A DNA stretch of 32,813 nucleotides from positions 1 through 32,813 of IMG/VR virus record IMGVR_UViG_3300030330_003569, one strand, 5' to 3'. The translations under genes and the position numbers were made by a program. Origin of the DNA: a virus (taxonomy: Duplodnaviria; Caudoviricetes). The notes below the pieces were generated by a model that searched no databases, had not been told where the DNA came from, and worked only from the letters and a program-made list of their open reading frames with translations. This document shows positions 16,098 through 25,037 of the stretch, in pieces (position 1 is the stretch's first letter; each line of letters begins with the position of its first letter).

Positions 16098-16642
16098 CTC
16101 CTTGAAATCTTGGCTTTTTCACCAATAAAAATACCAAACAGGTCAGCAGGAATGCCAGACCCCTTTTCTGTTTGATCTTTAACAAAAGCCTTTAAGGTCA
16201 TTGGTTCAACCCACTTACGCGTATTGACTGGCATACCTTTTCCGGCTAACTCACTGGCAAATGCTTCAGCTTCTGCCTCTTGGCCTCGTACAAAATTTGT
16301 TGCTACTTGGTTTTTAATCAAATCGCCAAAGCCGTTCTCAACCAACCAAGTAAAAGCCTCACCAGCGCGATCTTTAGGTATTGATGCACTGTAAAACTTA
16401 CTAACAGCAATACTTGAACCATCTTCTAAAGTAAGCTCTGTTATATTGTGCTCTGCCATAGCCGCTGGAAGCTGGTCTTCTGCTATCTCTTTCAGGCTAC
16501 GCTTGGTTTGTTTAAGTTCTTCTTCTAAATCCCTTACGCGGTGTTCAAGATTTAATTGTGCTTGCGCCAGTTTACTCACGCTGGACAAGCCTGTTTCATC
16601 TACAGAGGATAACTCTGCAGCAATAGATTCAAAGTCACTCAT
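16094..16642 (-). CDS. Conserved phage replication-block protein (coiled coil plus C-terminal domain)
   Basis: LP.AM.E..I....L.DGS, AF.WL..NG.GDLIKN, VEP.TLKAFVK pattern seen in replication modules of related phages. Confidence 0.75.
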   Translation of the reverse strand: MSDFESIAAELSSVDETGLSSVSKLAQAQLNLEHRVRDLEEELKQTKRSLKEIAEDQLPAAMAEHNITELTLEDGSSIAVSKFYSASIPKDRAGEAFTWLVENGFGDLIKNQVATNFVRGQEAEAEAFASELAGKGMPVNTRKWVEPMTLKAFVKDQTEKGSGIPADLFGIFIGEKAKISRR

Positions 16643-16964
16643 TATTTGTTCCTGCTTTATAATTAAGGTCGGCTTCCAATGGGAAATACTTTTCCTCTTG
16701 GCGATCCCACTTTAACATCTTGTACCTACCAGCATTAAAACGAGCTGCTATCGAAGCTGCTAAAGCTATTGCCGCTGGGTCTCCTGCTAATAACAAGTAA
16801 TCATCATCTGAAAACTTACTTAATTTACGTATCATACGCCGTATTGTTGGCTGTGTTGAATAACTTGCCTGTTCCCCAGCAGGTAAAAGTATTTCAAGTT
16901 CGCCAAACGCGGTAGCATCGGTAATATCGCGACCGCGTAGCTCTTGGGTTATAAAAACGGTCAT
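16635..16964 (-). CDS. Conserved hypothetical phage protein (about 109 aa)
   Basis: MTVFITQE..GRDI..A..FG...DDYLLLAGDP...LKWDRQE..Y. Start reassigned to ATG 16964 with GGAG RBS. Confidence 0.75.
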   Translation of the reverse strand: MTVFITQELRGRDITDATAFGELEILLPAGEQASYSTQPTIRRMIRKLSKFSDDDYLLLAGDPAAIALAASIAARFNAGRYKMLKWDRQEEKYFPLEADLNYKAGTNNE

Positions 16965-16993
16965 GTCTTTCTCCACATGTTTTAGTGTAAACC

Positions 16994-17026
16994 ACCCTAC
17001 CACATATAGCTTGTTTGAGTAGTCTT
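16994..17026 (-). promoter_or_regulatory. Promoter P5 for the replication operon (same family as P1-P3)
   Basis: Minus strand AAGACTACTCA-AACAAGCTATATGTGG-TAGGGT parallels P3 AAGACTTATCA-16-TATGTT, including the TGTGG before the -10 box. Confidence 0.5.
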
Positions 17027-17044
17027 ATATTGTCGTATTTTGTA

Positions 17045-17228
17045 ATCCGATATATTTGTAGCACCTACTTTGCTATATAGGACTACAAAACGGATTTTAA
17101 CCCCTTGAAAAGTTTAGCAAAATGGTTCGCGCGCCCCAAAAAGTTGAAGATATTGTATATTGTATATCGGATAAAGTTAAAATTTAAATTTTCAGTTTTA
17201 CTCTTTTCACCCCTATATAGCAAAGTAG
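17045..17228. repeat. Origin-like region with two crossed inverted-repeat pairs
   Basis: 17-bp perfect IR CTACTTTGCTATATAGG (17065-17081)/(17212-17228) and 10-bp IR ATCCGATATA (17045-17054)/(17163-17172). AT-rich, between divergent promoters. Confidence 0.75.
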
Positions 17229-17245
17229 AACTGATAAAATGCCGC

Positions 17246-17274
17246 TTGTCGTGCTTTTAACACTATTATAGAAT
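17246..17274 (+). promoter_or_regulatory. Sigma70-like promoter for the SNF2 helicase: TTGTCG, 17 bp, TAGAAT
   Basis: TTGTCG-TGCTTTTAACACTATTA-TAGAAT, followed by an AGAAAGAGG RBS. Confidence 0.65.
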
Positions 17275-17300
17275 GTAAATGCCAGTAGAAAGAGGCTGTA

Positions 17301-18740
17301 ATGCGATACAAATTTAAACTCAAACCGTACGAACATCAACTATCGGCATTAGAAAAAGCATGGGATAAACCATACTTTGCCTTTTTTATGGATATGGGTA
17401 CAGGTAAATCTAAAGTGTTAATCGACAATATATCTATGTTGTACGATAAAGGAGAAATAGATAGCGCCCTAATTATTGCACCAAAAGGTGTATACCGAAA
17501 TTGGGAACGTAAAGAATTACCAACTCATTTACCTGATCATATAAAAGCAAACATTGTTACATGGTCTCCTGCACAAACTCAAAAGAAAAAACAAGAACTG
17601 CAAACCCTGCATCAAGTGACTGATGATTTACAAGTATTTCTTATGAATGTAGAAGCACTCAGTACAAAACGTGGTAAAGAAGTTGCTGATAAATTTTTAT
17701 TCAGCCACCGTACTTTGCTTGCAGTAGATGAAAGTACAACAATTAAGTCTCGCACCGCGCAGCGTACTAAAAACCTCATCAAATTAGGTAATCAAGCACC
17801 TTATCGTAGGATATTAACAGGTTCGCCAGTTACTAAATCACCATTAGATTTATTTACCCAGTGTGAGTTTTTAGAACATCAGATATTACGCCAGCCAAGT
17901 TTTTGGACATTTCAAAACAGATATGCTAAAATGGTTCGTCGTACGATGGGGGCGCATAGTTTTAACCAGATAGTAGGATACCAAAACTTAGAAGAGTTAA
18001 ACGGTATGATAGAACCTTTTAGTTTTCGTGTTCGCAAAGAAGAATGTTTAGACTTACCCGATAAAGTATATACTCGTCGCACGGTAGAACTTACAAAAGA
18101 ACAGCGTCAGCTATATGAACAAATGAAACATAATGCACTCGCTATTATAGATGGTGAAGGGTTTGTATCTGCACCAACAATATTAACCCAAATATTACGT
18201 CTGCAACAAGTTTGTTCTGGTTTTGCTAAATTAGAAGATGAACGAATAATTACAGTGCCAAGTAATAAACTCAATGAACTTATGGCAGCATTGGAAGAAA
18301 TAGATGGTAAAGTCATTATATGGGGTAATTTTACACACGATTTACACCTCATACGTGATGCAATCGTTAAAGAGTATGGCGAAGAAAGTATTGAATTGTT
18401 TTATGGTGCCACCGCAGGAGAAGAACGCCAGTTAATTGTAGAACGCTTCCAAGACCCAGATAACCCCCTACGGTTTTTTGTAGGACAGCCACGCACAGGC
18501 GGTTACGGTCTTACATTAACAGAAGCGCACACTGTTATATACTACAGTAACGGATACGACTTAGAAGTCCGCTTACAGTCCGAGGATCGCGCCCACAGGA
18601 TCGGTCAAACAAATAAGGTGACTTATATAGATATTGTAGCTGAAGGGACTGTAGACGAGCGTGTGCTTCGCGCTTTGCGTGATAAAATAGATATTAGCAG
18701 TCGTGTAATGGCAGAAGGCTATAAAGAATGGATTATTTAA
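17301..18740 (+). CDS. SNF2-family (SF2) helicase
   Basis: PYEHQ, FMDMGTGKS, VDES, LTGSP, LRLQQV, GGYGLTL, QSEDRAHRIGQ. Confidence 0.95.
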   Translation: MRYKFKLKPYEHQLSALEKAWDKPYFAFFMDMGTGKSKVLIDNISMLYDKGEIDSALIIAPKGVYRNWERKELPTHLPDHIKANIVTWSPAQTQKKKQELQTLHQVTDDLQVFLMNVEALSTKRGKEVADKFLFSHRTLLAVDESTTIKSRTAQRTKNLIKLGNQAPYRRILTGSPVTKSPLDLFTQCEFLEHQILRQPSFWTFQNRYAKMVRRTMGAHSFNQIVGYQNLEELNGMIEPFSFRVRKEECLDLPDKVYTRRTVELTKEQRQLYEQMKHNALAIIDGEGFVSAPTILTQILRLQQVCSGFAKLEDERIITVPSNKLNELMAALEEIDGKVIIWGNFTHDLHLIRDAIVKEYGEESIELFYGATAGEERQLIVERFQDPDNPLRFFVGQPRTGGYGLTLTEAHTVIYYSNGYDLEVRLQSEDRAHRIGQTNKVTYIDIVAEGTVDERVLRALRDKIDISSRVMAEGYKEWII

Positions 18741-18955
18741 CGGTAGACATGCACTGTTTTTTCATCAACTAATTTTGGTATACAATAAGCTGTGGCACGA
18801 TGTTCAGGGGGTACTGATTTGTAGTATTTGTAATTACCGTATCTTTTTACCACCTCTGAAGCAAAATAATTACACCGATTAATATCGTAAAAGTACATAT
18901 CGTTACTAACTGTTGCGTTACCTAAAATAACGATTAAAACAAACAGATGTATCAC
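18737..18955 (-). CDS. Small secreted/membrane protein with two Cys (about 72 aa)
   Basis: GTG start at 18955 just after the upstream stop. Hydrophobic N-terminus IHLFVLIVILG, then RCNYFA...TAYCIP. Confidence 0.65.
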   Translation of the reverse strand: MIHLFVLIVILGNATVSNDMYFYDINRCNYFASEVVKRYGNYKYYKSVPPEHRATAYCIPKLVDEKTVHVYR

Positions 18956-18957
18956 GA

Positions 18958-19428
18958 TTAGCCACTTGCGTTCCTCATCAACCAAACGAATACAAATAAT
19001 CCACCCATACACAATACAAATAGGAATATACCTAACGACCACTCTATAATCTTTTGCCGTATTTCAATCCTACGATACTCGTGTTCTCTTTGTGCTTTCC
19101 GTACCTCTGCTTCAATTTTTAACAGTTCTTGCCATGCGGATGGGCCTAAACCTGCGGATATCCACTTGCGCAACTCTTCTCTTTGAGCCTGTAGTTGCCG
19201 ACGTTGTACAAATAACTCCATCGCTTGTGCTTCTACACCACCACCCATCGCTTTATACCACGGAGGTTTTTCAATTTGTTTTGCTGCAAAATCAAAATCA
19301 GCCATTGCCTTGCCCCATCTAGACAAGTCTTTACCCATACCCTCTAAGTCACGGCCTACTTGAATGCCTTTTTTGATAGCGTTAAAAGCTGCCGATGCGC
19401 CAGCTATCGCAGTTACCGGATCTATCAT
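18958..19428 (-). CDS. Membrane protein with C-terminal TM helix (possible lysis accessory)
   Basis: MIDPVTAIAGASAAFNAIKKG N-terminus, coiled coil, and C-terminal WSLGIFLFVLCMGGLFVFVWL. Confidence 0.75.
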   Translation of the reverse strand: MIDPVTAIAGASAAFNAIKKGIQVGRDLEGMGKDLSRWGKAMADFDFAAKQIEKPPWYKAMGGGVEAQAMELFVQRRQLQAQREELRKWISAGLGPSAWQELLKIEAEVRKAQREHEYRRIEIRQKIIEWSLGIFLFVLCMGGLFVFVWLMRNASG

Positions 19429-19431
19429 TTG

Positions 19432-22400
19432 TTACGCCCTACGTGGTAAACTCATGATTCCTGTATTTGCTTGAGCCTGTTGTATTGCACCAGCGAGGGG
19501 GTCGTTTGGAAATAATGTCCTTGCATCGATTTGAGGTTGCGTATTTTTTGGCATTGGTGGTGCGCTGATTTTTTCTATTATTGATGTCGAATTATCGACT
19601 GGCTGCAAGTTTGGCTGATTTTTATTCAATGGGGGTACAGGCATTTCTTCTTTAAACAATTTGAAATCAAGATTAGGCGAATTATTTTCTTCGGGTTCTT
19701 CGCCTTGGCGCGGCCCCACGCTAGGTTCGAGTTCAAATTTTATTAAAGGCTCGTCAGTTGTTGATCCTGGAACATAGTCATTATAGCCTAATCCATTCGT
19801 AAACATAAAAATATTTAATCTTCTACCTAAAGGCGCTGATATGCTTAAATCAGCGGCACTTTCTGGCACTTTTGCTGTCATCGTTTTAGCAATAGTAGGA
19901 TCAAACATCATTTGTCTAAATAAAGCATCTGCTCTTATACTACTTTGTTGTCGCACTGCTCTACTAAGAATGTAACCGGCTGCTGCTTTAGCACCTAAAC
20001 GACCTTCTTGTACTGCGATAAAACGATTTGATATTCCAGCTGGAGTTGTTCCAAGTTTGCCAGTAAGCCGAGTAACAATATCTTCTGGGGTAACACCAGC
20101 ACCCATTGGTAAGCCAGTTGCCATCACACGTTCATAAGCGTCAGCTATCAAATACATATTATCGATGTGGCTTTTATCAAAACCAGCGTCAAGTATACGT
20201 TCATTATCTACTAAAAACTGTTTAAATGCAGCAGGTCGCTCTATAGCATCAGGTGCGCGTTTAAGTAATCTTTGCATCACAGCAGACCTAAAGGCATTAG
20301 CTGCTTCTTCAGCTTCTATACCCTCTAGTCCTGCATTTGTGAGAGTACGTAATTCCTTCATCAAAGTTGGGTTACCTAATGCTTCGTCAATTAGTTTTTC
20401 TGGATCATTCCTTTGCTGTGAACGCGCTATAGCTTGAAACACTTTGTTTTGTGTAATAGCTTTACGCCGAGCAGCTAGTTCTGCTTGACGTTGTAATTGA
20501 GAATTTATTAATTGCTGACTATCAGCTAAATCATCAGCTAATCCTAAAACTTCTAAAGTTTCACGATTATTATTAAGATATTTATTAATACTTTCTATTC
20601 TAAATGTACCTTTACTTTCATCATAGGCTTTTGCGCGTATATCATCCATAACAACAGCTTTTATGTTTCTGAGTTGTTGTGGGTCATCACCAAATAAACG
20701 CATAAATTGTGATGCGGTGTTAGTATCCTGTAAAAATGAACTAGCTACATTTTCATCTGCAATATAATAAACAGGTTTAGTTTTTGTAGTTCCTGGACCT
20801 CGTGACGTTATTTGTATTACGCCACTACGTTCAAAAGGTGTAATTACGTTAGTGTCGTACCAAGTGCGGAACTCTTCAAATTTTGCATTTGTTCTACCAT
20901 ATGCGGCACCTAAATCATCTAATTGATTACTTAATATTGCAAGAGCACGAACATCAGCTTTATTACCTTGTGCCGAAGCCGCACCGATTGCTGCCCCTAC
21001 TTGATCACGAAAATTTTTCCAATCTTGAAAACTAATACGGTCTAAAGGTGATTCAATAAAATTTTTTACTAGTTTAGGAAGCCCCTCATAACTTAGAGCT
21101 TGTTCTCCTTGTCGTGTAACAAGTGAACTACGCACTGCTTCTTTAGCGGCGGCTGTTGCATCTCTACTTGCTAATTGATCAGCATTATTTATATTTAGGC
21201 GTTTAGCTAATTTTTCTGCAGATTGTTTAGCTTTTGTTTGTGCATTAAGAATTGTATCTCTTATAGAAGCGCCTACTTCACCTTTATCGGTAAGTTTTGG
21301 GTAAGCTCCGGTATCCGCATTTGCTAAAAGATTAAGCTGAAAAGTCACATCATCGGCTGCATCATCTATTGGGGCAATCATACCTTCATACTTACCAGTG
21401 GCACGATTAAAAACAAAAAGAGGTGCATCCTCTATTGCATTACCAGTAAGTTCTGCGTTTTTAAAACGCTCTATTGATTGTAACGCTGTTGTTTTTCTAT
21501 CTAAATTTTGTCGTGTAAACCCAGCATCTCCAGTACGTTCAGCTCTTGCTTGTGTTGCAAGTAAAGGAGCATCCATAGTTTGTTCTGCTGGAGAAAGTTG
21601 TATCGGACCATACACACCTATACGGTCTTCAATTTCTGATGCCGCATTTATTTTATCTCGGTTGGCTAGTATTCCTGCTTGTAGTTCGTTACTTATTTGC
21701 CCTTGTGCTACTTCACCCCTTTTGCCCTGACTAGGATCTGTTCGGCCAGATAAAACCGCCGCATCATCTAAACGATCAGTAGTAAACTGCTTACCTTTAC
21801 GCAGAACAAAACCGATTGGGCCTTTGGTAAGCGCACCTTTACCAGCATAATAAAGAGCAGGGCCAGATAAAGGTAAAACTAATCCTCCAATACCTGTTTC
21901 TGTACCAAATGCCTGTTTTTCACCTTCAATACCCACGCCCGAAAGACCACCTAATGCAGCCTCTGTAGCAACCGTTGCTCCAGGAGCGGCAACAAAAGGA
22001 GCTAATAAACTTTCTTTTACAGTAGTTCCAACAGCACCAATTTTATCTTTTAACGTACCTCCACCAGCTAAAATATCATCTGCTTTTTTCTTACTTAATT
22101 GCCCTATAACATTTCCAGCCGCCGCTGAACCTTGTGCGGCTTTACCTGTAAGACCAATAAAAGGAACTGCTGCGGCTAATCCTTCTCCCCCACCTTCAGC
22201 TAATTGACGCAAAGTATCACCCTCAGGTGAACCTATGCGTTCTCCAACGCCATAACTTAAAAGGTATGGGATTAATGTTTTACGCTGTTCAAAACTACCA
22301 CTGTTAAAAGTTCTGAGTAATACATCACGATCTACTGTGCCTTCTTCTACAAGTCCTGCGGCCTCCAAACCACTTGCTACAGCATTAATTGCAGTATCTG

Positions 22401-22671
22401 GTAAAGCTAAAATTAAATTATTAAAACCCTCTACAATACCAAATAAGGCACTATTTTCCATAGCAGAACCAATTTTTTCTACTGAAGTTTCAGGTTTCTC
22501 CTTTAACCGAGCAGGCAGTTTTTCTGCAGTAGCTGTAATCGGAACAGGGGGTGTTTGGTCTTTAGGATCAACCTCTAAAGTAAATGGCTTGGTAAATCCC
22601 CCAAATTCATCATCTAACTGACGCTCTTGCATATCTTGTTGTGTTGGGGGTTTTAATATAAAATCTGCCAT
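19432..22671 (-). CDS. Large internal virion/ejection protein (1079 aa)
   Basis: Long alpha-helical Ala/Gly-rich protein with hydrophobic GxxxG segments. C-terminal LFPNDPL...GIMSL motif. Last of the large structural genes. Confidence 0.6.
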   Translation of the reverse strand: MADFILKPPTQQDMQERQLDDEFGGFTKPFTLEVDPKDQTPPVPITATAEKLPARLKEKPETSVEKIGSAMENSALFGIVEGFNNLILALPDTAINAVASGLEAAGLVEEGTVDRDVLLRTFNSGSFEQRKTLIPYLLSYGVGERIGSPEGDTLRQLAEGGGEGLAAAVPFIGLTGKAAQGSAAAGNVIGQLSKKKADDILAGGGTLKDKIGAVGTTVKESLLAPFVAAPGATVATEAALGGLSGVGIEGEKQAFGTETGIGGLVLPLSGPALYYAGKGALTKGPIGFVLRKGKQFTTDRLDDAAVLSGRTDPSQGKRGEVAQGQISNELQAGILANRDKINAASEIEDRIGVYGPIQLSPAEQTMDAPLLATQARAERTGDAGFTRQNLDRKTTALQSIERFKNAELTGNAIEDAPLFVFNRATGKYEGMIAPIDDAADDVTFQLNLLANADTGAYPKLTDKGEVGASIRDTILNAQTKAKQSAEKLAKRLNINNADQLASRDATAAAKEAVRSSLVTRQGEQALSYEGLPKLVKNFIESPLDRISFQDWKNFRDQVGAAIGAASAQGNKADVRALAILSNQLDDLGAAYGRTNAKFEEFRTWYDTNVITPFERSGVIQITSRGPGTTKTKPVYYIADENVASSFLQDTNTASQFMRLFGDDPQQLRNIKAVVMDDIRAKAYDESKGTFRIESINKYLNNNRETLEVLGLADDLADSQQLINSQLQRQAELAARRKAITQNKVFQAIARSQQRNDPEKLIDEALGNPTLMKELRTLTNAGLEGIEAEEAANAFRSAVMQRLLKRAPDAIERPAAFKQFLVDNERILDAGFDKSHIDNMYLIADAYERVMATGLPMGAGVTPEDIVTRLTGKLGTTPAGISNRFIAVQEGRLGAKAAAGYILSRAVRQQSSIRADALFRQMMFDPTIAKTMTAKVPESAADLSISAPLGRRLNIFMFTNGLGYNDYVPGSTTDEPLIKFELEPSVGPRQGEEPEENNSPNLDFKLFKEEMPVPPLNKNQPNLQPVDNSTSIIEKISAPPMPKNTQPQIDARTLFPNDPLAGAIQQAQANTGIMSLPRRA

Positions 22672-22674
22672 ATC

Positions 22675-24648
22675 TTACCTTTTCAAACCAAAACCATCAG
22701 TAAGGGTAAGTATGCCGACATCTATGCCTTGTGGCAATAAACTATTTATATTATCTTCAGACATACCATTGCGTTTTAGTTGCTCGCGAGTAATTTGTAA
22801 TTTTGTACCGCCTAATTTCGCACCTTTTCTTGCAGCTTCACTCAAATAGTCATAATGCCCATACGCATTATAGATAAAGGGATCATTATCAGTGCCTGTT
22901 GGAACACGATCGACACGAATAAATTCAGATTCTCCTAATACGGCACGGTTAAAAGAAAGTTCATTTTGTAATAAGCGCATAAGTTCTTGAAATCTGACTG
23001 CTGCCATATTTGGGTTTTTAAAGAACCCTTCTGGCCTTTCAGATAAGTCAGTAATTAAATTTTGTTCAGCAACAGCATATCTATCACTATACGCTAAACC
23101 CCTAGCAAGTTCACGGCCAAATAGCATCATTTTTTGTCTACCTGCTTCTGTCTTAGCATATTCCGTTACATTAGACCAACTATCAGGTAAAAACATTGCA
23201 AGGCTATTACTTGTAAAAGATTTAATGCTTGCTAATGGGCCGACTGCTTCACCAAGGTCACGTAATACTTCTTCACCAGCAGCAAAAGCAGAAACTAAAC
23301 TGGTTATTTTTTTCTGGCGTTGATCAATATCAGAAACTGAAAGATTGGCAAAAGGAACACCTGTTTTACCAACATTTCTTGCTAGAGGGTTGCCACTAAC
23401 TAAGATGCCTTCTTGATATTCAGGTAATGTTACAAGATATGCACCACCTGTGTTTATACCAGCCATAGAAGCAAGGAACGTTTCTCCAGCATTTGGGCCA
23501 GCTTTAATAGTTGCGTAAACACGACCAACTCTATCAGGTGGCGAAACTTGTAACACATCAGCCTCGGTACCTCTTATAAATCCTTGTGGGGCTAATGTTG
23601 CATCTGTTACATTGCCAGTTTTTGAAACATAATAAGAACCGTTGTTTTCAAATCCCGCTACTTGTTTAAACCCAGTAACAGAGTTTGCATCAGGAACTAA
23701 TAAATTTTGTGGTTTAGCTGAAGAAAAATCAATTTTATTTGATGCAGCTAACGCTTTTATTGAAGTTGCATCTAATGGCACATATCCTGTTGGTATAGCA
23801 GAAAATTTACCATTATCATATTTTTTCGGTCCATCACTAGTGCGCCTTACAGTAATTACATCATATGTGCCAGTTGCTTCATTTAGCTTACCATACACTT
23901 CAGAAGTTGTCGCAGCAAACTGAGTATTTGCGTTAAACTGCGCAGTAATAGCATCATTAAGAATATTTCGTTCTTCTTTAGCTAATGTTAAACCTTGATT
24001 AAGGGCAGCTGAAGCAAGAGCTTGTTTAGCAGAAGCAGCTGACTTCGCATTAGCAGCCGCTGAATTAATTGCATCAGAGAACACACTGAGTTGTTGTTGT
24101 CGTAATGCTTCTTTTTCTGCGGCGGCTGTGCTATAGGCAAATTCTTTAGCTTCGCGTTCAGCCGCTGATTTAGCTCCTGCTACTTTACTTAAATCTGTTG
24201 CTAAATCACCAGCGGGAGTAACTAAAGCCTGTAACAAACTTCCTGGAGTCTGCGCTACTTGACTGCCATATTTTGCAAGCGAAAGAAACGCCTGTGTTTT
24301 AGCATCTTGTGCGACATCATCACCAAAAAACGCTTCTTGTTCGGCTAGAATCGCTTCTTTACTGCGCGGTTTGGTAAGGAATGGATCAAGCATAGCCATG
24401 CGTTGTGCAGCTAGTTTTTGTGGATCAGTTTCGCCACCACTACCCATGTATGGCTTCATTAATGACAGATAATCTGTCATAAAATTAGCCATGATATCGG
24501 GGTCTATTTGCGAGATATTATATGGCATATTAGCCATTGGATTACGTGCAGTATTGAATGTAAACAAGTTACTACTTGAAGCTGGCCCATACTTGGCCTG
24601 ACTTTGAAACGGTGTATTCAGCGTTTGTATGCCTGTATTTTCTACCAT
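22675..24648 (-). CDS. Putative internal virion protein (657 aa)
   Basis: Ala-rich helical N-terminal half, located in the ejection-protein block. AAGGTGA RBS. Confidence 0.55.
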   Translation of the reverse strand: MVENTGIQTLNTPFQSQAKYGPASSSNLFTFNTARNPMANMPYNISQIDPDIMANFMTDYLSLMKPYMGSGGETDPQKLAAQRMAMLDPFLTKPRSKEAILAEQEAFFGDDVAQDAKTQAFLSLAKYGSQVAQTPGSLLQALVTPAGDLATDLSKVAGAKSAAEREAKEFAYSTAAAEKEALRQQQLSVFSDAINSAAANAKSAASAKQALASAALNQGLTLAKEERNILNDAITAQFNANTQFAATTSEVYGKLNEATGTYDVITVRRTSDGPKKYDNGKFSAIPTGYVPLDATSIKALAASNKIDFSSAKPQNLLVPDANSVTGFKQVAGFENNGSYYVSKTGNVTDATLAPQGFIRGTEADVLQVSPPDRVGRVYATIKAGPNAGETFLASMAGINTGGAYLVTLPEYQEGILVSGNPLARNVGKTGVPFANLSVSDIDQRQKKITSLVSAFAAGEEVLRDLGEAVGPLASIKSFTSNSLAMFLPDSWSNVTEYAKTEAGRQKMMLFGRELARGLAYSDRYAVAEQNLITDLSERPEGFFKNPNMAAVRFQELMRLLQNELSFNRAVLGESEFIRVDRVPTGTDNDPFIYNAYGHYDYLSEAARKGAKLGGTKLQITREQLKRNGMSEDNINSLLPQGIDVGILTLTDGFGLKR

Positions 24649-24650
24649 AC

Positions 24651-25037
24651 TTACATATCACCTTGCATTATATTCATAGGAGCATTTTTAATACCGCCTT
24701 CGGGAGCTTGCTGCTGCATAACCTCCATTATTGTAAATAAAGGTTGCATAACAGCAAGTACAGATTCTGGTGTTTTCTTTGCATCAGCCTCACCTACTAA
24801 GTTAGCTAACTCATCACGCCGCGCAGATATAGGCTTTTTATCACCACGTACCGTATTTATAACATCTTCGATATTTTCGGCTTCATCAATTTCATTATAC
24901 ATATCTTGCATCTGGGTAGCTATACCCTGTAAACCTGCCATCGCTGCCATATTCTCGGCACCTTTTTGTTTATCGGTGGCTTGTGGCATGGTTGTTGGGT
25001 TACCAGCAAAAAGAGCTCTATTGTAGATATCTTGCAT
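24651..25037 (-). CDS. Small virion-block protein (128 aa)
   Basis: INTVRGD....ARRDELA.LVG..DA.KTPESVL..MQP motif. Its start overlaps the upstream stop (TAATG). Confidence 0.65.
   Translation of the reverse strand: MQDIYNRALFAGNPTTMPQATDKQKGAENMAAMAGLQGIATQMQDMYNEIDEAENIEDVINTVRGDKKPISARRDELANLVGEADAKKTPESVLAVMQPLFTIMEVMQQQAPEGGIKNAPMNIMQGDM

Noticed and set aside
24640-24670. Programmed frameshift fusing the 128-aa and 657-aa ORFs
   Set aside because: No slippery heptamer is seen, and the downstream ATG has its own RBS (AAGGTGA).
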